DNA of 64,000 nucleotides from Escherichia coli (GTDB lineage Bacteria; Pseudomonadota; Gammaproteobacteria; Enterobacterales; Enterobacteriaceae): NCBI RefSeq assembly GCF_003334305.1, contig NZ_QOWS01000011.1; one strand, 5' to 3'. Shown piece by piece: positions 55,919 to 64,000 of this stretch (position 1 is its first letter; each line of letters starts with the position of its first letter). The notes under the pieces were generated by a model. It saw only the letters and a program-made list of their open reading frames with translations, ran no database searches and was not told where the DNA came from. The position numbers and the translations under genes were made by a program.

Positions 55919-55927
55919 TTTGCCTCT

Positions 55928-56665
55928 CTAGCTGTAAAAGCTCTGCGCCAGCGAACCGACCAGCAATTGCCAGCCATCCACCAGTACAAACAGCATCAGT
56001 TTAAAGGGCAGAGCAATGGTGGCTGGGGGAACCATCATCATCCCCAATGCCATCAACACGCTGGCAATCACCAGGTCGATAATCAAAAAAGGAATGAAAA
56101 TCGTGAAGCCTATCTGAAATGCGGTTTTCAACTCGCTGGTCACGTAGGCCGGGAGCAAAATGCGCATCGGCACAGCTTCAGGTCCCTGCAACGGGCCAGT
56201 ATTCGCCAGTCTGGCAAACAACCCTAAATCCGCCTCACGGGTCTGACGCAGCATAAACTCACGCAGCGGCTGCGCCCCTTTTTCCAGCGCCTCCTGCATT
56301 GATATTTTCTCTTCGCTGAATGGCTGGTACGCATCGACATAAATTTTATCGATCACCGGCGACATAATAAAAAAGGTCAAAAACAGCGCCAGTCCCAGCA
56401 ATACCTGGTTAGGTGGCGCGGAGGGTGTTCCCAACGCGTTACGCAATAAACCAAAAACAATGATGATGCGGGTGAAACTGGTCATCATCAGTAAAATTGC
56501 CGGAATAAACGTCAACGAGGTGATGAACACCAGCGTCTGCACCGGGAGCGACCAGCTTTGTCCACCGCCAGGCAGCGGCTGGCTGGTGATACCCGGTAGT
56601 TGCGCGAAGGCGAGGGGCGTAACCAGCCAGAGAAGGACAGGTGCGACAGACAACAAACGACGCAT
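55928..56665 (-). CDS. fliP: Flagellar export apparatus protein FliP
   Basis: 245-aa ORF with signal peptide and TM segments. Confidence 0.9.
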   Translation of the reverse strand: MRRLLSVAPVLLWLVTPLAFAQLPGITSQPLPGGGQSWSLPVQTLVFITSLTFIPAILLMMTSFTRIIIVFGLLRNALGTPSAPPNQVLLGLALFLTFFIMSPVIDKIYVDAYQPFSEEKISMQEALEKGAQPLREFMLRQTREADLGLFARLANTGPLQGPEAVPMRILLPAYVTSELKTAFQIGFTIFIPFLIIDLVIASVLMALGMMMVPPATIALPFKLMLFVLVDGWQLLVGSLAQSFYS

Positions 56666-57033
56666 CAGGATCTCCCGCTACGCTTAAGCAAGTTTTTCAT
56701 GACCGACTGAAAATCGGTCTGCGGTATCTCTTCCGTTGGTGCTGAAGGGGGAAGTTTATGCAGCAGATTGATTTGCCCTGCGGTAACGCCGAGCACCAGC
56801 CGTGCATCTTCCACATCGACCACCACAACCCGTTCACGCGCGCCCAGCGAAGCACTGGCGCTAATTTTCAGACCGTTAACGCCAGTGCGTTTCGGGGCAA
56901 ATCCCAGCCGTTTTACCAGCCAGGCAGCAGCGAGGATCAGGGCAATAATGGCGATGAGTGCGCCGCTCACCTGCAGCAGTGGCGCAGCAGAAACCGGCGC
57001 GGAAGATTGCACAGTAGCGTGGTTATTCATCAC
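56665..57033 (-). CDS. fliO: Flagellar protein FliO
   Basis: 122-aa ORF with a single TM segment, between fliN and fliP; start not resolved. Confidence 0.8.
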   Translation of the reverse strand: MMNNHATVQSSAPVSAAPLLQVSGALIAIIALILAAAWLVKRLGFAPKRTGVNGLKISASASLGARERVVVVDVEDARLVLGVTAGQINLLHKLPPSAPTEEIPQTDFQSVMKNLLKRSGRS

Positions 57034-57446
57034 TAACGGCTCAGGCGGCGCATCCGCTCAGACGGAGTAATGATATCGGTGATCCGCACGCCATATTTAT
57101 CAGCGACTACGACAACTTCGCCCTGAGCAATTAAATAACCGTTGATCAGAATATCCAGCGGTTCGCCCGCCAGACCGTCCAGCGCCACGACTGATCCTTG
57201 CGTCAGACGCAGTAACTCTTTGATGGTCATTCGTGTGCGGCCCAGCTCGACGGTCAGCTTGACCGGAATATCCATAATCAGGTCGATATCCTGCAACGTT
57301 CCGCTGACATCACCACCGCCAAATTGCTGGAACACCGCGTCGGCAGCGCTTTTGCCACTGGTTGATTTTTGTTCGCTCAACGCTTCAGCCCACAGATCGT
57401 CCATTGCGCCGTTGTTGTCATCGGCCGGATTATTCATGTCACTCAT
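57033..57446 (-). CDS. fliN: Flagellar motor switch protein FliN
   Basis: 137-aa ORF. Confidence 0.9.
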   Translation of the reverse strand: MSDMNNPADDNNGAMDDLWAEALSEQKSTSGKSAADAVFQQFGGGDVSGTLQDIDLIMDIPVKLTVELGRTRMTIKELLRLTQGSVVALDGLAGEPLDILINGYLIAQGEVVVVADKYGVRITDIITPSERMRRLSR

Positions 57447-58447
57447 TTGGGCTGTTCCTCGTTCAGAGAATTTAAAATCGGGTTAATCAAATGTTCTATC
57501 CGTAACGCATACTGACCGTTGAGGGTGCCGTACTGACTGGTCAGAACCGGGACGCCGTCAACATGGGCGATGATGCGATCGGGTTTTTCTATCGGCAGGA
57601 CGTCGCCGGGTTTCAGTTTTAAAATCTGCGACAGGCGTAGCGAGATATCGGCAAAGTTGGCCACCAGTTCCAGCTGTGAATGCTGCACCTGGCGCACCAG
57701 GTTATCGCGCCAGTTCTGATCTTCATTACGCGAGTTTTCCAGCGGCGGGTTAACCAACAATTCCCGTAGCGGCTCGATCATGCTGAATGGCAGGCAGATA
57801 TTAAATTCGCCGGTCAGGTTGCCAATCTCCACATGGAACGGCGTGTTAACCACAATGTCGTTCGGCGAGGTGGTGATATTGGTAAATTTCACCTGCATTT
57901 CCGAACGCACGTACTCAACTTCCAGCGGATTAATCGCCTTCCAGGCGTCGCTATAGCCTTCAAGCGCCAGCTTTAACATGCGATTGATGACGCGCTGTTC
58001 TGTATGGGTAAACTCGCGGCCTTCCACTTTGGTCGGGAAGCGTCCATCGCCGCCAAACAGGTTATCCACGGCGATAAACACCAGACTCGGTGAGAACACC
58101 ACCAGCCCTGTGCCGCGCAGCGGTTTCAGATGGATAAGGTTCAGGTTGGTCGGCACCGGCAAGTTGCGGGCAAATTCATGGTACGGCTGAATGCGGATGG
58201 CCCCGACGGTAATATCCGGGCTACGGCGCAGCAGGTTGAACAGCCCCATACGAAAATGGCGGGCAAAGCGCTCATTAATGATTTCCAGCGCCTGCAAACG
58301 TTCGCGCACAACCCGTCGTTGGGTATTCGGATCGTACGGACGAATGTCACTTTCGCCGCTAACACTGGCTGTCGGTTCGTCTTTGACTTCGCTGTCACCA
58401 TTCAACAGCGCATCAATTTCAGCTTGAGAAAGAATACTATCGCCCAT
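57443..58447 (-). CDS. fliM: Flagellar motor switch protein FliM
   Basis: 334 aa from MGDSILSQAEIDALL at 58447; the track ORF extends 34 codons upstream. Confidence 0.9.
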   Translation of the reverse strand: MGDSILSQAEIDALLNGDSEVKDEPTASVSGESDIRPYDPNTQRRVVRERLQALEIINERFARHFRMGLFNLLRRSPDITVGAIRIQPYHEFARNLPVPTNLNLIHLKPLRGTGLVVFSPSLVFIAVDNLFGGDGRFPTKVEGREFTHTEQRVINRMLKLALEGYSDAWKAINPLEVEYVRSEMQVKFTNITTSPNDIVVNTPFHVEIGNLTGEFNICLPFSMIEPLRELLVNPPLENSRNEDQNWRDNLVRQVQHSQLELVANFADISLRLSQILKLKPGDVLPIEKPDRIIAHVDGVPVLTSQYGTLNGQYALRIEHLINPILNSLNEEQPK

Positions 58448-58451
58448 GTCG

Positions 58452-58916
58452 TTATCGCAGAATAAAAGCGGTATACAGCACGTCGGTGACATCCTGTTTC
58501 GGTTGCCCGGCAACAAGCGGGGTGGAAAGTGTGGTTTTAATCTCGGCAATCAGGTTTTTCTTGCCTTCTTCTGTCGCCAGTACGGCAGCATCCTGACGCG
58601 AAAACAGTAACAGCAAACGGCTACGGACTTCCGGCAAATACTCACTCAGCCGCGAGCGGGTAGCTTCATCTTTGAGTCGCAGGGTTATGCCGATATAAAG
58701 CACGCGATCCGCATCGCCCAGATTGACTGTAAAGGTATCCAGCGCATAGAAGACCGGGGAGGGCACGACGCGTTGCTGCGCTTTGTCTTCAGCGGCAACC
58801 TGATGCGAATGCCAGTAGCTGTAACCTGCGCTGGCACAGGCCGCGAGGGTAATGAATACCAGAATCGGGATCCAAAGCGATCGCTTGCTTTTCTTGCTTA
58901 TCGCGTAATCAGTCAT
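58452..58916 (-). CDS. fliL: Flagellar basal-body-associated protein FliL
   Basis: 154-aa ORF with one N-terminal TM segment. Confidence 0.9.
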   Translation of the reverse strand: MTDYAISKKSKRSLWIPILVFITLAACASAGYSYWHSHQVAAEDKAQQRVVPSPVFYALDTFTVNLGDADRVLYIGITLRLKDEATRSRLSEYLPEVRSRLLLLFSRQDAAVLATEEGKKNLIAEIKTTLSTPLVAGQPKQDVTDVLYTAFILR

Positions 58917-59020
58917 GTGTTTCGGTCTTCCTGTGTCGCTACTGCTTATCGGCTAATTATCCTGCGTCTTGAGCGCAACAAAGCGGGGAAAAGACGCGGA
59001 TTACGGTGCTACCTCTGACG

Positions 59021-60148
59021 TTAGGCGAAAATATCAACGCCGCTGTTGCCTGTTACACGCCCTTGTAAAGAGACGGGAACCGGAAGCGTATCGTCGTCTT
59101 CCCCCGCCAGAGGTTCATGGTTTGCTGTGCGTTGGCTTTGCTGTTGTTGGGAAGCGGCCTGCTGCTGACCACTAAAGCTTTCGCCACTGATGTTGCTTTG
59201 CCCTAACTGAATGCCACTTTCGGCCAGCTGCGTACGCAGTACCGGCAGCGCTGCTTCCAGGGCGGCGCGTACGTGCTGATGCGGCGAAACCATCTGGATT
59301 TGCGCCTGGTTATCATCCACTTTGAGGGAGATTTGCACTTCACCTAAATCCTGTGGGTGCAGACGCAACTCTGCACTTTGTTGCCCCTGGCGGGTGAACA
59401 GCGAAATATGCTGGCTTAATGATTGTTGCCATTCGTGAGAACCCAGCGGTGCACTCAAGACAGGCGCGGCGACGGTGGGCAGTGGCTGTGTCTGGTGTGG
59501 AGTGATTAGCGGGCTGGCGGCAGCGGTCACCGGTGAAGGTGTGCTGATGACTTCCGCTTTACTCTGGGCTTCTGCTACCAGCGCTGTTAATGGCTGAGCT
59601 GGCGTGCCGGGGCCGTCATCAGGCTGTGCTGTAGTGAGTTGCGCAGAAGTCAGTTTTGTGAAAAGCGTTGGTTTCTCTGTCGGTAACACGGTTGACGGTG
59701 CATCAGTCACTTTGGGCGTATTGTCAAAACCCGGCAACATCGCAAAAAGGGCACTCAGGCTTGCGGTGACGTCTTCATTCAGATCATCCGCTTTTTCGTC
59801 TTTTGCCGTATTGTTGTCAGCCGCCGCAGCCAACGTTATCGTCTGAGCGGTGGTTAACGGTGTTAATGTGGATTGTTCGTCGTTGATGACAGGCGGTGTT
59901 TCATCCACAGGGATCAGTAAATCTGCTTGTTGCGCGTCTGAAAGAATATCGCTGACCAGCGGCTCGCCTTTTGCCGTGGGCTTATCTGTTGCCACCAGCA
60001 ACTGGGGAGTCGCTTTGTCGGTTGTTGCCTCACCTGTTAATGCTTCGCTCAACAACGCGAGAAAATCTTGTGCAGCATCGCTGGCTTTGCCGCCAGGCAA
60101 TGTGGCGTTATCAACGTCAGCGGTAATCAAGGGCGCTATGCGAATCAT
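59021..60148 (-). CDS. fliK: Flagellar hook-length control protein FliK
   Basis: 375-aa Pro/Ala/Thr/Gln-rich ORF. Confidence 0.9.
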   Translation of the reverse strand: MIRIAPLITADVDNATLPGGKASDAAQDFLALLSEALTGEATTDKATPQLLVATDKPTAKGEPLVSDILSDAQQADLLIPVDETPPVINDEQSTLTPLTTAQTITLAAAADNNTAKDEKADDLNEDVTASLSALFAMLPGFDNTPKVTDAPSTVLPTEKPTLFTKLTSAQLTTAQPDDGPGTPAQPLTALVAEAQSKAEVISTPSPVTAAASPLITPHQTQPLPTVAAPVLSAPLGSHEWQQSLSQHISLFTRQGQQSAELRLHPQDLGEVQISLKVDDNQAQIQMVSPHQHVRAALEAALPVLRTQLAESGIQLGQSNISGESFSGQQQAASQQQQSQRTANHEPLAGEDDDTLPVPVSLQGRVTGNSGVDIFA

Positions 60149-60588
60149 TCAGGTTTCCTCATGGCGGCGCGCTGGGCGAACTCATCCATCTTTTTCTGAT
60201 CGAGGCGGTTTTCTGCAAGCAGTGCCGCCGTGGATTGCCGTTCCTGCAGTGTCTGCCAGGCCTGCAAACGTTGTTTCTTTTCTCGCCAGCTGTTCAGGGC
60301 AATGTCAACTTTCTGCGTCCACTGATTAAGTTGCTGGCGATGCTGAGTAATGGCTTTTTCCAGCGTCTGGATAAACTGCTGATAGTTGATCCAGCGGTTG
60401 CTGGTCATCCCGGCACTCATATCGCTATTGAGGTTATTGCGATATTCATTCTGATAATCGATCAGCATTTTGAGCTGTTCTTCCGCCTGCTGACATCCGC
60501 GACGCATTTCACCCAGCAGGCGCGCGGCATCCTCTACCTCTTTTTCTGCCAGATCTTTCAGGGTCGCCAGCGCACCATGTTCTGCCAT
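60145..60588 (-). CDS. fliJ: Flagellar export chaperone FliJ
   Basis: 147-aa coiled-coil-like ORF; overlaps the fliK start. Confidence 0.9.
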   Translation of the reverse strand: MAEHGALATLKDLAEKEVEDAARLLGEMRRGCQQAEEQLKMLIDYQNEYRNNLNSDMSAGMTSNRWINYQQFIQTLEKAITQHRQQLNQWTQKVDIALNSWREKKQRLQAWQTLQERQSTAALLAENRLDQKKMDEFAQRAAMRKPE

Positions 60589-60606
60589 CTGCCGTTATCT
60601 CCTGGG

Positions 60607-61979
60607 TTATGACACTGTCGGGAAAATACGCTCCAGCCCCTGGAGAGACGCTTCCCAGTCCGCGCGTTCAAAAATGCCTTGTTGCAAATAGCCCTCCAGC
60701 TGCGGCCACAGGGCGATGGCTTTGTCGAGCATCGGATCGCTGCCTTTGGCATACGCGCCGACGCTAACCAGATCGCGGTTACGCTGAAAACTCGACAACA
60801 GCTGTTTGAAGGTGCGCACTCGCGCGTAATGTTGCTCACTGATCAACGCCGTCATTGCGCGGCTGATCGACGCTTCAATATCGATAGCCGGATAGTGCCC
60901 GGCTTCCGCCAGTCGGCGAGACAGCACAATGTGACCGTCGAGGATTGCCCGCGCGGAGTCAGCAATGGGATCCTGCTGGTCATCGCCCTCGGTGAGCACG
61001 GTATAAAACGCGGTAATCGAGCCGCCGCCGCTAATGCCATTTCCGGCACGCTCGACCAGTGCCGGTAATTTGGCAAACACCGACGGGGGATAACCTTTGG
61101 TGGCGGGGGGTTCGCCAATCGCCAGCGCAATTTCACGCTGGGCCATCGCGTAGCGGGTGAGGGAGTCCATAATCAGCAACACATGCTGACCACGATCGCG
61201 AAAATCTTCGGCAATTCGCGTGGCATAGGCGGCACCCTGCATTCGCAGGAGCGGAGAAACATCCGCCGGAGCGGCAATCACCACGGAGCGTGCACGTCCT
61301 TCGGCACCGAGGATATTCTCAATAAAATCTTTTACTTCGCGCCCTCGTTCACCAATCAAACCCACGACAATGACATCGGCGCGGGTGTAACGGGCCATCA
61401 TCCCCAACAGCACACTTTTACCAACGCCCGACCCGGCAAACAGCCCCATACGCTGCCCGCGTCCGACGGTAAGCAGGGCATTGATTGGGCGCACGCCGGT
61501 GTCCAGCACATGTTCAATCGGTGTACGTTGCAATGGGTTAAATGGCGGGGTAATCAGCGCACCGGTTTCCGTCGTATCGGGGGAGGGGAGGCCATCGAGC
61601 GGTTTACCGCTGCCGTCCAGAACGCGACCTAATAACGCCGGACCGAGCGGCAACTGCTTGCCGCTTTGCAGCCCTTCAGCCGAAATGTTTTTGGCATAAA
61701 CACGCGCGCCGGGCAGGACACCTTCCACTTCCTCCAGCGGCATTAAAAACAGCCGTTGACCGTTAAAGCCAACGACTTCGCTTTCTACTTCGTGCGTTTC
61801 GCTGCCGTTCTGGCGTTCAATGACACAGGTTGCGCCGAGCGGCAATTGTAATCCGGTGGCTTCCAGCACCAGCCCGGTAGCGCGAGTTAATCGCCCGTAG
61901 CGACGTACCGCAGGCAACTGCGCCATTTTAGCTTCGAAGTTATCCAGCGTGGTTAGCCAGCGAGTCAGGCGCGTGGTCA

Positions 61980-61980
<1 letters not shown>
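60607..61980 (-). CDS. fliI: Flagellum-specific ATPase FliI
   Basis: 457-aa ORF with Walker A GSGVGKS. Confidence 0.95.

Positions 61981-64000
<2,020 letters not shown>

Overview
This 64-kb window looks like an Escherichia coli-type chromosome segment carrying a complete ~30.5-kb yersiniabactin High-Pathogenicity Island (HPI) inserted at the 3' end of a tRNA-Asn gene. I do not find a previously undescribed system: the island matches the classical ybt locus in gene order, orientation and product sizes (fyuA, ybtE, ybtT, ybtU, irp1, irp2, ybtA on the minus strand; ybtP, ybtQ, ybtX, ybtS on the plus strand; then a P4-type integrase). The flanking genes are core chromosome, collinear with the K-12 fli/yed/asnT/yeeJ neighbourhood as I recall it but inverted: yeeL-like fragment, decayed yeeJ, mtfA, serU, zinT, msrQP, hiuH, hprRS, hchA, yedS, yedR, yedJ, dcm-vsr, yedA, yedI, yodC, dgcQ, yedP, yodD, dsrB, rcsA and fliR back to fliF. 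The points most worth a second look are at the island edges: the integrase has ATA where its start codon should be; there is no distal copy of the 17-bp att repeat; a ~1-kb AT-rich orphan segment next to fyuA carries a 119-codon ORF fused in frame to a yeeJ fragment; and yeeJ has an internal deletion and a frameshift. Two small RNAs missing from the ORF track (DsrA, and an RseX-like RNA) and a yodB-sized gap between serU and zinT are also noted. No rRNA, CRISPR array or IS element was seen. All calls rest on reading the translations, motifs and gene order by eye; no database search was run, and names outside the island depend on my memory of K-12.
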